Origin: a virus
IMG/VR virus record: IMGVR_UViG_3300050821_006280
Location: 45,559-109,558 of that record
Length of the DNA stretch: 64,000 nucleotides
Strand: one strand, 5' to 3'
Positions 54,902 to 63,411 of the stretch are shown in pieces. Under the pieces are notes generated by a model. It worked only from the letters and a program-made list of their open reading frames with translations. It searched no databases and was not told the DNA's origin. Made by a program: the position numbers and the translations under genes. Each line of letters starts with the position of its first letter. Position 1 is the stretch's first letter.

Positions 54902-55432
54902 ATGGAAGCGAATCCGATCAAGTGCGGCTGTGGTGAAACCGACGAAAGACAGTTCTACGTTCGGATGGTAAATGGCAGCAAAGCAATCAAATCGATATGC
55001 AAGTTATGTGAAAACAAACGTCGATGGCCACGGCAGAAGAAACGTGGAGAAACCTACACCAAGTATAATAAGGCATACGATCATAAGGTTTCTGAGTGGC
55101 GGCGGAGCGGTGTAGATCAAGACCGATGGATATGGCGGGATACGAGGGGATGGGACCGTAAGCACGGATTTGAACCGGAGCTGACAAGGGAAGAGATCCG
55201 CGAGCTAATCGCTTCGGGATGTCTCTACTGCGGCGAAACGAATCTGCGCATGACGCTTGATCGTATCGACAACAGCAAGGGACACTGTCGAGGAAACGTG
55301 AACCCGGCTTGCATAAGGTGCAATTACGCGCGTAGGGCAATGCCGTATGAAGCATGGCTTTGCCTTCTGCCGGGGCTAAAGGAGGCGCGAGAAAAAAGAC
55401 TGTTCGGGGATTGGACAGGACGCTGTAGATGA
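54902..55432 (+). CDS. HNH-like (His-Me finger) endonuclease
   Basis: CLYCG...TLDRIDNSKGH..GNV.PAC.RCN. Confidence 0.8.
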   Translation: MEANPIKCGCGETDERQFYVRMVNGSKAIKSICKLCENKRRWPRQKKRGETYTKYNKAYDHKVSEWRRSGVDQDRWIWRDTRGWDRKHGFEPELTREEIRELIASGCLYCGETNLRMTLDRIDNSKGHCRGNVNPACIRCNYARRAMPYEAWLCLLPGLKEAREKRLFGDWTGRCR

Positions 55433-55495
55433 CAAATCCTCTCACGCCGACCTGGACAATCACGGATTGCGATAGGACGATGATCATCGTAATGA

Positions 55496-55577
55496 GGTCC
55501 CCTGGCGGAACTGGCAGACGCGCTGGACTTAGGATCCAGTGCCGAAAGGCGTGGGGGTTCGATTCCCCCGGGGACTA
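55496..55577 (+). tRNA. tRNA-Leu(TAG)
   Basis: ctgga-ctTAGga-tccag. Confidence 0.92.
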
Positions 55578-55580
55578 CTA

Positions 55581-55868
55581 ATGGATCAATCGGAAGACGA
55601 TTCGGTCGATCTGTCTTCAAAGGAAGGACGCTTTCGATACTGCACCAGCAAAATCGAAGTAGCTGTCCGCGAGCTTGGCCAGGAAGGGCTAGAAGCCACG
55701 GATATTTTCGATGCCTTAGCTGGGCTGGTCGTCTCATCGTTTGTGATGAACGATGTACCGAAAGAACAATCACTCCAATATATCAGCGAGATGTTTGATC
55801 GTGCATGGGATCAGGCCGATACAGCTGAGCTGATCATGCATGACCGCGACAGAAACGAGGAATCATAG
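55581..55868 (+). CDS. hypothetical protein
   Basis: ORF after the tRNA. Confidence 0.55.
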   Translation: MDQSEDDSVDLSSKEGRFRYCTSKIEVAVRELGQEGLEATDIFDALAGLVVSSFVMNDVPKEQSLQYISEMFDRAWDQADTAELIMHDRDRNEES

Positions 55869-55957
55869 TGATCTTTGATCTCGTAGACTTCATTGTTGAG
55901 CTTCTTGGAGATGTGGTTCTCATGCTTTTTGGTGTTGATTCAGACGATTAGTAATAT

Positions 55958-55991
55958 GCGGGTGTGGCGGATCTGGTAGACGCGCTAGCTT
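55958..55991 (+). pseudogene. displaced 5' half of tRNA-Leu
   Basis: gcgggtgtggcggatctggtagacgcgctagctt ends at the anticodon loop. Confidence 0.7.
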
Positions 55992-56004
55992 TGTTGGGAT
56001 ACGG

Positions 56005-56412
56005 ATGAAGACAGAACGACACAGAACGCCTTGGTTTCAAAAGGACGGATACTGGGCGTGCACTGCGTATTATGTCGACGGCACTCGCACCACGATTTAT
56101 CAGCACCGAGAAGTGCTTGAGCATAAGCTTGGCAGAACTATTCGAGATGGCTATGTTGCTCATCACAAAGATGAAAACAGATCAAACAACAATCCAGATA
56201 ATCTCGAAGAGAAATTCGAGCCCGATCATTGTAGGGATCATCGTCCGCCAGCCGAAATAATTGAGATTATCTGTCCTGAGTGCGGACAAACGAAGAAAAA
56301 GATCGCTCGCCTCGTTAGGCATAACCAGAAACAGGGAAAGGAAGGACCGTTCTGCGATAGGCGTTGCGCCGGAAGATGGAATGCGAAGAAACAACATGCT
56401 CGGGTGGCGTAA
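56005..56412 (+). CDS. HNH homing endonuclease
   Basis: YQHREVLE..LGR...VAHHKDENRSNNNPDNL; CPEC...FCDRRC. Confidence 0.85.
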   Translation: MKTERHRTPWFQKDGYWACTAYYVDGTRTTIYQHREVLEHKLGRTIRDGYVAHHKDENRSNNNPDNLEEKFEPDHCRDHRPPAEIIEIICPECGQTKKKIARLVRHNQKQGKEGPFCDRRCAGRWNAKKQHARVA

Positions 56413-56480
56413 TTGGTAGCCGCGCTAGATCGAGGGTCTAGTGGTCTCTGACCGTGCGGGTTCGACTCCCGCCCCGAGTA
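56398..56480 (+). tRNA. tRNA-Leu(GAG)
   Basis: ctaga-tcGAGgg-tctag. Confidence 0.88.
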
Positions 56481-56482
56481 CT

Positions 56483-57067
56483 ATGAGCAACGAGAAATGG
56501 AAACGGATCGGAAGGCCTGGCTACTTTGGACGACGCCGTGACGAGAAGATCAAGCAGCTGAATGAGGACTTTGGCAAGGACGAGTGGAAGCTGGTCTGGG
56601 TGATCGACGTGGATTTCTTGGGCGGAGAAGTCCACTACGACTTCGAGCAGGCCTGCAAGAAGCTCTACGAGGCCAGCTATCTCAAATGGTTCCAGGAGAA
56701 CCCATTGGAGATCGACCTCGTCTGCTCCTACGGCGAGTGTATCGATAACGCGCCGACGAACGTGGATTCCGGGCTCGACTATATGAAGCAGGAAGCATTC
56801 TCCACCCACATCCAGGACATTGCCGTGCGCAACGTCCTGGCTAAGATGGGCAGGAAGTTCGAGGGTCCCAAGGACAAAATCCTCGTGATCCGGTCGCAGG
56901 ACTCCAACGGCTTCAAGTACGGGCCGGGCAATATTCCTTTTTCGGAGCCGTGGCTGATCGCTCAGCCGTCGAAGTGCCCGAAGTGGGCTAATGCTGGATC
57001 TGTTGAGGATTTTTGGCAGTCAAATAAGTGGATCATGATCCGCGAGACACAGCCAGCTCTCTTCTAG
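56483..57067 (+). CDS. hypothetical protein
   Basis: 194-aa ORF with strong codon bias. Confidence 0.75.
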   Translation: MSNEKWKRIGRPGYFGRRRDEKIKQLNEDFGKDEWKLVWVIDVDFLGGEVHYDFEQACKKLYEASYLKWFQENPLEIDLVCSYGECIDNAPTNVDSGLDYMKQEAFSTHIQDIAVRNVLAKMGRKFEGPKDKILVIRSQDSNGFKYGPGNIPFSEPWLIAQPSKCPKWANAGSVEDFWQSNKWIMIRETQPALF

Positions 57068-57083
57068 TACACTCTTCTAACAA

Positions 57084-57171
57084 GCCGACGTGGTGGATTC
57101 TGGTAGACACGCCGTATTCAGAGTGCGGTGAGCGAAAGCTCGGGCAGGTTCGATTCCTGTCGTCGGCACCA
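57084..57171 (+). tRNA. tRNA-Leu(CAG)
   Basis: ccgta-ttCAGag-tgcgg; CCA. Confidence 0.9.
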
Positions 57172-57199
57172 CTGACCCAATAGGTCAGGCAGTGAGCAG

Positions 57200-57907
57200 A
57201 TGATCAAGGCTCGGTTGATCCACGAGAATGGTCGAATGGCTTGGCTTCGGGTCTACTGGAACTCCGTCAAGATCATCGGCAAGTGTGAAAAGGGTTGCTG
57301 CGATCGGACAGAATCGCTCAACGACTGTCCTAACTGCTACGGCAGTGGAAAACCCGGATGCCACAACGCTCAGATCAAGCTTGGTGAGAGCGATGATCTA
57401 GAGAAGCATGATCAATGGGGGAAGCCAGAAGACTACCCTGACGATCGTTGGCCAACGAAATGCGACCACTGCCCAGCAATCATCCCAGCTGGTGGTCCAT
57501 ATAAGGGTGAGACGCGCAAGCCGGAGCTAGTCCAAGTCCATCGCCAGGTATTCACCCAGCGTCGCTACTCCACTCCAAGCGGTAGCCCAGAGCCTGGTGA
57601 TGTTTTTTGGGCGAAATGGCACCACTGGAAGGGCGACGATGGGAAAGAACAGTGCATCTGGTGGGATAACTGCGATGGTAAGCATCTCATCGCGATCCTT
57701 CCTAATGGAACGCAGTGGGACATCATGTCGAGAGCCTCGAATTGCGCCTTGAAGGACGACAAGGTTCATCGTTGTTGGATCCTTCACGGCTCTCCAGAAG
57801 CTGGAAACCTTCACGTTGACAAGAATGGACTAACTTGCGCAGCGGGGGCAGGATCGATCGCCGTCGAGGGTTACCACGGATTTTTGCAAAACGGTCACTT
57901 CACCTAG
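57200..57907 (+). CDS. Cys/His/Trp-rich hypothetical protein
   Basis: 235-aa ORF. Confidence 0.7.
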   Translation: MIKARLIHENGRMAWLRVYWNSVKIIGKCEKGCCDRTESLNDCPNCYGSGKPGCHNAQIKLGESDDLEKHDQWGKPEDYPDDRWPTKCDHCPAIIPAGGPYKGETRKPELVQVHRQVFTQRRYSTPSGSPEPGDVFWAKWHHWKGDDGKEQCIWWDNCDGKHLIAILPNGTQWDIMSRASNCALKDDKVHRCWILHGSPEAGNLHVDKNGLTCAAGAGSIAVEGYHGFLQNGHFT

Positions 57908-58081
57908 GTGATGATTGGAAAAGACCGAAATCGAACAGGCCTTTGAAGAGATGATCAATAAGATCGACCTCGAAAAGGAGCTGAGATTCATCTTCTTCGG
58001 CGGGTTTGAGACGTATGAAGACTACGAGAAGTACGGAGACAGTTTCATAGAAATCGCAACAGATAGTGGACCAAGACAACT

Positions 58082-58167
58082 GCCCTGGTGGCGTAATAGG
58101 TAGCCGCAGCAGGCTCAAACCCTGCCGCTCCTTAGTGGGCGTGCCGGTTCGACTCCGGCCCAGGGCA
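58082..58167 (+). tRNA. tRNA-Leu(CAA)
   Basis: gcagg-ctCAAac-cctgc. Confidence 0.88.
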
Positions 58168-58218
58168 CAACCTGTCAGAAATGAGGGCTAGGTGCGTCCT
58201 AGCAGAAAGGAGGCGGTC

Positions 58219-58836
58219 ATGAGTATGGCCCTTCAAAGTACACGGACACTGCTTCTCTCCAATGCCTACGAGCCGATTCAGGCCATCTCCTTGAAGAGGG
58301 CAATGACCCTGCTGTTCAATGGCAAGGTCGAGGTCATCGAGGAGTACGACTGGAACATCGTACCTGTCCCTTCCGAGATTCAGACGGATGTGCAGGTAAC
58401 GCATGGCAATGAGCGTAGGACGGTCAAGCGTACGATGATCGTCTTCAAGGCTCCTGCCGTCGTTCGTCTGCTTACCGCCTTCATCCGCCGCCGTAGGCCG
58501 ATAAAGTTCTCGCGCGTGAACATCTATGCTCGTGACCGTTACACGTGCCAGTACTGCGGTACCAAGAGGACATTGGCGGAGCTGACGTTCGACCACGTCA
58601 TCCCGAGAAAGCTTGGGGGCAAGACGACGTGGACGAATATCGCAACGTCGTGTGGTACTTGCAATCTGAAGAAGGGTGGTCGTACGCCGGAGCAGGCCGG
58701 CATGAAGCTGCTGAAGCAGCCTGTGCAACCAACCTGGCAGTCCGCCATCGCCGTCACCGTCAGCAGTACATCGGTGCCGGATGCATGGAGGGATTACCTG
58801 TACTGGACTGGCGAGCTAGAGAACGACAACTCGTAG
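58219..58836 (+). CDS. HNH endonuclease
   Basis: FSRVNIYARDRYTCQYCG...LTFDHVIPRKLGG...WTNIATSC..CN..KG. Confidence 0.92.
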   Translation: MSMALQSTRTLLLSNAYEPIQAISLKRAMTLLFNGKVEVIEEYDWNIVPVPSEIQTDVQVTHGNERRTVKRTMIVFKAPAVVRLLTAFIRRRRPIKFSRVNIYARDRYTCQYCGTKRTLAELTFDHVIPRKLGGKTTWTNIATSCGTCNLKKGGRTPEQAGMKLLKQPVQPTWQSAIAVTVSSTSVPDAWRDYLYWTGELENDNS

Positions 58837-58931
58837 TCAATCATAGTCGTGCCACGGGATGGCCACCTGGAAGCATGACGCCTTAGCCGTGTGGCCCCTA
58901 CGTAAAAAGGGGCTCCCTTCATGGGGATTTT

Positions 58932-59020
58932 GGAGGAATGGCAGAGCCTGGTTTATTGCGCCGGTCTTGAAAACCGGAGTGGGTAAGACCACCGGGGGTT
59001 CAAATCCCTCTTCCTCCGCC
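58932..59020 (+). tRNA. tRNA-Ser(TGA)
   Basis: ccggt-ctTGAaa-accgg. Confidence 0.92.
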
Positions 59021-59181
59021 CAGTCTGTCACACAAGAATCAAAGATCTCGTTACATCATTGGACGCCTGTCTGGGGTAAGTAGACCCTGTGACCGCAAGT
59101 AAACGCGTTTCTGGGCCAGGAGCCCAGGTAGCGGTAGCGATTTAAGCAGAGCGGCTCAGCGCCAGCGAAAGCGTCCATTTT

Positions 59182-59288
59182 GCTAGGGTTCTTGGTAGGA
59201 GCTGCGGGTCCCGCTCGATCGGCGATGTAGACTCGGGAGTCGAAATCTGATCGGTGCCGCAGTGCTGGTTCGATTCCAGCCTCTAGCT
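59182..59288 (+). ncRNA. tRNA-like RNA with an extended arm replacing the anticodon arm
   Basis: Acceptor gctaggg/ctctagc; T arm gctgg-ttcgatt-ccagc. Confidence 0.6.
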
Positions 59289-59331
59289 GTCCTTCCAATT
59301 ATCGATCGGATCAATCACAATCGTAGTCAAG

Positions 59332-59619
59332 ATGCTCTACGATCATGATTGTCACCTTCCATCACGCGACAGGAATGACGATCTGCCCTGGAATTGTCGG
59401 CCAGTTGACGACTCGCTCATTGCGCGGGTCATGGCTAGCCTGCGGCGGCGGGTGGAGTTCGCGCGAACCTGCTTCCCGATGTTACGGCAAGTATTCCCTG
59501 CTCTGATCGCTAGTGAGATCGTGTCGGTTCAGCCAATGACCGCGCCTACGAGTCTCTTATTTTTCATGGATCCATCGTATGTCTGGAATCCTGCTGATCG
59601 TACTAGTTCGGGGATATAG
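59332..59619 (+). CDS. short protein containing the T4 gp23 (major capsid) Gol-region motif
   Basis: FPMLRQVFPALIASEIVSVQPMTAPTSLLFFMD. Confidence 0.75.
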   Translation: MLYDHDCHLPSRDRNDDLPWNCRPVDDSLIARVMASLRRRVEFARTCFPMLRQVFPALIASEIVSVQPMTAPTSLLFFMDPSYVWNPADRTSSGI

Positions 59620-59685
59620 CTCAACTGGATAGAGCATTCGGCTACGAACCGAAAGGCTAGGGGTTCGAGTCCCTTTATCCCCACC
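59610..59685 (+). tRNA. tRNA-Arg(ACG), second copy
   Basis: ttcgg-ctACGaa-ccgaa. Confidence 0.92.
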
Positions 59686-59771
59686 GCTGTCTTGGCCTGA
59701 GGGAATTGCGGTGAACCTCAGGAGGAAGCAAAAGAGCACCCGGTTGAAGTCCGAGGGGCAGCACCGCGCTT

Positions 59772-59861
59772 GGAAGGATTGGCACATTGGCAAGTCCACG
59801 CGCCTGGAAAGCGCCGGGCTGGGGAAACCTGGCTCTGGGGGTTCGACTCCCCCTCCTTCCG
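59772..59861 (+). tRNA. tRNA-Ser(GGA), atypical D arm
   Basis: gcgc-ctGGAaa-gcgc; body paralogous to tRNA-Ser(CGA). Confidence 0.8.
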
Positions 59862-59868
59862 CTGCTAT

Positions 59869-59982
59869 GGTGGCGGTTCAAGTGGTCTTGGGCGGGTAGC
59901 TCCCGCAACTTGAGAGTTCGATTCTCTCAGCCCGGAAGGGTTCCTGGCTGGAGGATTGGGTTCGATTCCCACCGTCACCCCC
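59869..59982 (+). ncRNA. tRNA-like RNA with two TTCGATT loops
   Basis: ggtggcggt/accgtcacc terminal stem and multiple hairpins. Confidence 0.6.
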
Positions 59983-60031
59983 TAGAGGAGCAATGGAAAG
60001 GTACCCTGAAGATCTAGTCAAGGAGCGCTCC

Positions 60032-60280
60032 ATGAGTAAACACCAGCAGCTATATCGTCAGTGCCGTATGGAAAAGAAGACTGAAACGGGAAAGCTGGTC
60101 CACACGGCCTGGATCCCGACGCAGTTTGCGCATGTCGGCAAGAACATTTCGATCAAGAACAGCGACGATGAGTGGGTTGGAGGCTGGCAGGTTGTAGAAG
60201 CAAGCTCTGGTACCCGCACGCATGATGACATGGAGACCCAGCGTGACGCTCACAAGCGCTGGGAAGAAGTACTTGCCTAG
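60032..60280 (+). CDS. hypothetical protein
   Basis: AAGGAG RBS. Confidence 0.65.
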   Translation: MSKHQQLYRQCRMEKKTETGKLVHTAWIPTQFAHVGKNISIKNSDDEWVGGWQVVEASSGTRTHDDMETQRDAHKRWEEVLA

Positions 60281-60286
60281 TTTCAA

Positions 60287-60359
60287 GCGTTGCGACTCAG
60301 CTGGTGACGAGGGCCGCCTGTCCAGCGGTAACTGACGGGTTCGATTCCCGTGCGACGCG
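60287..60359 (+). tRNA. tRNA-Asp(GTC), atypical
   Basis: gccgc-ctGTCca-gcggt. Confidence 0.7.
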
Positions 60360-60557
60360 CTCTTGTAATTCGTCCCTTCTTCCTGAAGTATGCGATGTAT
60401 GACCTGGTTCTAGAGCTGGGTCTAGGTGATGAAGATCGGTAGCTCGCGCAGTGCGAAGACACTCCCTGAGGACCCCCACCTCTCTCAGGCCCGTCTTCGT
60501 GAGTCGCAGGAGGCGTGTCGTGGGCACCTCGTTCCTCCCCGATCAACATCACCGCTT

Positions 60558-60631
60558 GGGGTGGTAGTTCAGCTGGTTAGAACGCCGGCCTGTCACGCCG
60601 GAGGCCACGGGTTCAAGTCCCGTCCATCCCG
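60558..60631 (+). tRNA. tRNA-Asp(GTC)
   Basis: ccggc-ctGTCac-gccgg. Confidence 0.93.
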
Positions 60632-60635
60632 CTTC

Positions 60636-60664
60636 TTGACAATCGAATAAAGTCCACTTAGCGT
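60636..60664 (+). promoter_or_regulatory. putative promoter of tmRNA
   Basis: TTGACA-N17-TAGCGT. Confidence 0.5.
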
Positions 60665-60679
60665 CATGTTCAGTTACAC

Positions 60680-61076
60680 GGGGGTGTAACGGTTTCGACG
60701 GAGAACGCGCAGACTAGCAGGGCGAGCCGTGGGTTCTGGTCACCACGACAAAAGATCAGAACGAAACAAAAGCCAACGACAACATGTACCCGGCTGCTTC
60801 CCTCCGCGCTGCGGCCTAATCAGCCAAGGCTCTCAGAGTAAGAAGCCATCGACACCGTAGATGGGTCAGTAGCGGTGAAGATGTAAAAACGACGACCCCT
60901 ACCACTGAGAAGTGTCGCGACGATCTCAGTAGCGAGGTCTAGACGGCCTCAACAGCGGCTATGAAGACGGAGTAAGGCGTACCGACCGGCTTCGAGAACT
61001 AATGGCATGCCAAACGCTCGTAATTCTCTATAGTAAGCGAATTTTTCGGACCCGAGTTCGACTCTCGGCACCTCCA
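60680..61076 (+). ncRNA. ssrA: tmRNA; tag (A)ANDNMYPAASLRAAA*
   Basis: GGGGGTGTAACGGTTTCGAC 5' end, G3.U70 acceptor, GGAC plus T arm; tag frame from 60772. Confidence 0.95.
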
Positions 61077-61176
61077 CAAATTTCAGCTACTTAATCGTGA
61101 AAGACACACCATTCCCTGTCGTACAACTGCACCAATAGACCGATGGCTCAGCCACCGGTCACTTCAAGCGAATGGT

Positions 61177-62112
61177 GTGACCATGGACTTTGATTGGCGT
61201 CCCCGTCCCTCGTACGAGCCTGAGCCGGAACAGCCGCAGCAGGAACAGTCAACATGGCACATGGATCCCTCCGTGTCCGCCCTTTTCGATGGTGTTCAGT
61301 CTACCGACGAAGAGTTGGGAACCGCCGACAAGGACATCGCAGCCCAAGCTGAATCCTGCCTAGTTGGATTCAATGGTTTTTTCAACGAGTTTCGGGCCAC
61401 GAGCAAAGTAGCGGATAACATTGCGCTCGGGGAGACATCTGGGCTTGGTCAAGTCAAAAAGACGCCAGATATCACGGATAAGCTCTGCCAGATTGCAGCC
61501 TTTGGGGCGAAGATGCTCTGGGAACACTTTGGCGGCGCGGCCGAGATGGAGGCAGTCTTCGGCATTTTGAAGGAAGAGGTTCTCGGACCTGCTGAGAAAT
61601 ATGCCGAGACAGCCTACGACAAGATCAAAGAGCACATCGAAAAACACCAAACGGAATTCAGTCTCAAAAACTGCATCTTGGAAATAGTTACCGCAGTCAA
61701 CGACGCAACCGACGAACTGTGCGATAAGGCCAGTCGGCGTATCGCCTCTATGCCGAAAGAGAGTCTTGCTTCCACCTGGCGCTTGATCAGCGGCACCCGC
61801 AATGACATGACAGTTCACGGTGACAAGCTCGACACCGAGGGAAAGCAAACGGTGACTACCGAGATGTTTTCTCTGCTTACCGGAATCGAGGTGGGTGGCA
61901 AGGCAGCCGAAGAACTGGCTAATACCATCCGTCAGCAGGCGCTGTTGAATTACGCTGGCATGCTAAACACCGTTGGCGAACGCAATGAGGCCTACAAGCG
62001 AGCAGCAAGCGGCGAGATCCTCAGAACGACCCCGGACATCGAAAAAGATCTCCATGAGGACAACTGGATCCACGAGGATGAAGCGAAGCGCGCTCGCGTG
62101 CGTGAAGACTGA
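61177..62112 (+). CDS. hypothetical helical protein
   Basis: 311-aa ORF. Confidence 0.7.
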   Translation: MTMDFDWRPRPSYEPEPEQPQQEQSTWHMDPSVSALFDGVQSTDEELGTADKDIAAQAESCLVGFNGFFNEFRATSKVADNIALGETSGLGQVKKTPDITDKLCQIAAFGAKMLWEHFGGAAEMEAVFGILKEEVLGPAEKYAETAYDKIKEHIEKHQTEFSLKNCILEIVTAVNDATDELCDKASRRIASMPKESLASTWRLISGTRNDMTVHGDKLDTEGKQTVTTEMFSLLTGIEVGGKAAEELANTIRQQALLNYAGMLNTVGERNEAYKRAASGEILRTTPDIEKDLHEDNWIHEDEAKRARVRED

Positions 62113-62348
62113 TGCGCCGACTCATCCTGCTTGTTGTGATTGTGGCGGCTTGCACGAAATCTGCACCGATTCCTGTGGCGGACGATCGAGCCGGTTACAT
62201 CCACAAGATCAAAATCGAGCTGGACACTCACCAGCGGATATTCGATTCGGAGAATCAGCTGGCGCGTAAGTACTGTGATCAGCACAAGGACATCAGCGAG
62301 TGCGGAGAGGTCATCAGTAAGCTCCCGCCGCTGCCGCCACAACCATAG
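62112..62348 (+). CDS. putative lipoprotein
   Basis: MRRLILLVVIVAAC. Confidence 0.65.
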   Translation: MRRLILLVVIVAACTKSAPIPVADDRAGYIHKIKIELDTHQRIFDSENQLARKYCDQHKDISECGEVISKLPPLPPQP

Positions 62349-62439
62349 GCGCAACACAAGGAAGGTCGACAATGGTCAAGTTCACGGCTGTGATGGAGAT
62401 AGTTGGCTCAAAGATTCCTCACGCCCGTGGAGGTACCAC

Positions 62440-62724
62440 TTGGCTAAAGTCAACCGGATGTTCAACCGCAAGCGGCGGGGACATCGGATAACCTTCCTGA
62501 TGTCGCGCGACGGAGCTAATTGCTCCATCTGCCATGACCTTCTAGATCGCCACATCCATGATTACCACGATCCTCGCTACATTACCTTCGACCATGTTGT
62601 ACCCCGGTCAGATGGGGGTCTGGATCATCTAACCAATCTCAGGCTCGCCCACCAGCAGTGCAACAATGAGCGTGGCAATGATCCAATCCACGTTTTCGAC
62701 GAAGGAATCGAGCTGGAGGACTGA
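62440..62724 (+). CDS. HNH endonuclease
   Basis: RDGANCSIC...TFDHVVPRSDGG...NLRLAH..CN..RG. Confidence 0.85.
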   Translation: MAKVNRMFNRKRRGHRITFLMSRDGANCSICHDLLDRHIHDYHDPRYITFDHVVPRSDGGLDHLTNLRLAHQQCNNERGNDPIHVFDEGIELED

Positions 62725-62922
62725 TTACTCGATCCCGATACCCGCAAAAATCCCGTTAAACCACTTCAGGGCCTTTTGGAGCAGCCTTTTTTCATCCTTC
62801 GACTAGTTGGGGTAACCAATTTCGTTCTCCAGTGAGTTCCGATAGCGGTTCGCCTTCTCTGCGCAATCACAATTGTTTTTATTCATGTCCTACATCATAC
62901 TACACCTGGATACATATGTCAA

Positions 62923-62995
62923 GGGTCGGTAGCTCATCTGGGAGAGCGCCTGCTTCGCAAGCAGGAGGCAGAGGGTTCGAGTCCCTTCCGATCCA
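62923..62995 (+). tRNA. tRNA-Ala(CGC)
   Basis: cctgc-ttCGCaa-gcagg; G3.U70. Confidence 0.9.
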
Positions 62996-63034
62996 CTGGT
63001 AGACATTCGCTGCTAAGCCTGATGAAACAAGATC

Positions 63035-63265
63035 ATGATCGATTTTGATAACTGGACAGAAGTGACTGAATGGATCGTTCACCGCGGTCCATTCACGCTA
63101 AAAGTTGAGTCGATGATCGTTAATTTCCAGCGATGGGAGTATCGACCGTCTGTTCGCATCGGAGATAAGTCGATCCGGGATGGAGGCCTCTTCAAAACGG
63201 TTGAAGAGGCGAAGCGAGTGGCCGAAGACCTGGCTCGCGACCTTGCCAACGAGCTGTGTACTTGA
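63035..63265 (+). CDS. hypothetical protein
   Basis: 76-aa ORF. Confidence 0.55.
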   Translation: MIDFDNWTEVTEWIVHRGPFTLKVESMIVNFQRWEYRPSVRIGDKSIRDGGLFKTVEEAKRVAEDLARDLANELCT

Positions 63266-63411
63266 CAATTTTCCGTCGGTGCAATGCCGCGCAGTCGTTC
63301 TGATCTTAGTTCCCGTCACTAGGGTAGACAATGTTTTCTCCACGTGAGTAGATGTGGATCAAAGCTGATCCACGGGCCATAGAGCCCAACTGACTCCGAA
63401 GGAGAATTACA

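Noticed and set aside
59686-59765. SRP (4.5S) RNA
   Set aside because: TCAGG...GGAAGCA resembles helix 8, but the CCGGAAGG tetraloop stem is missing.
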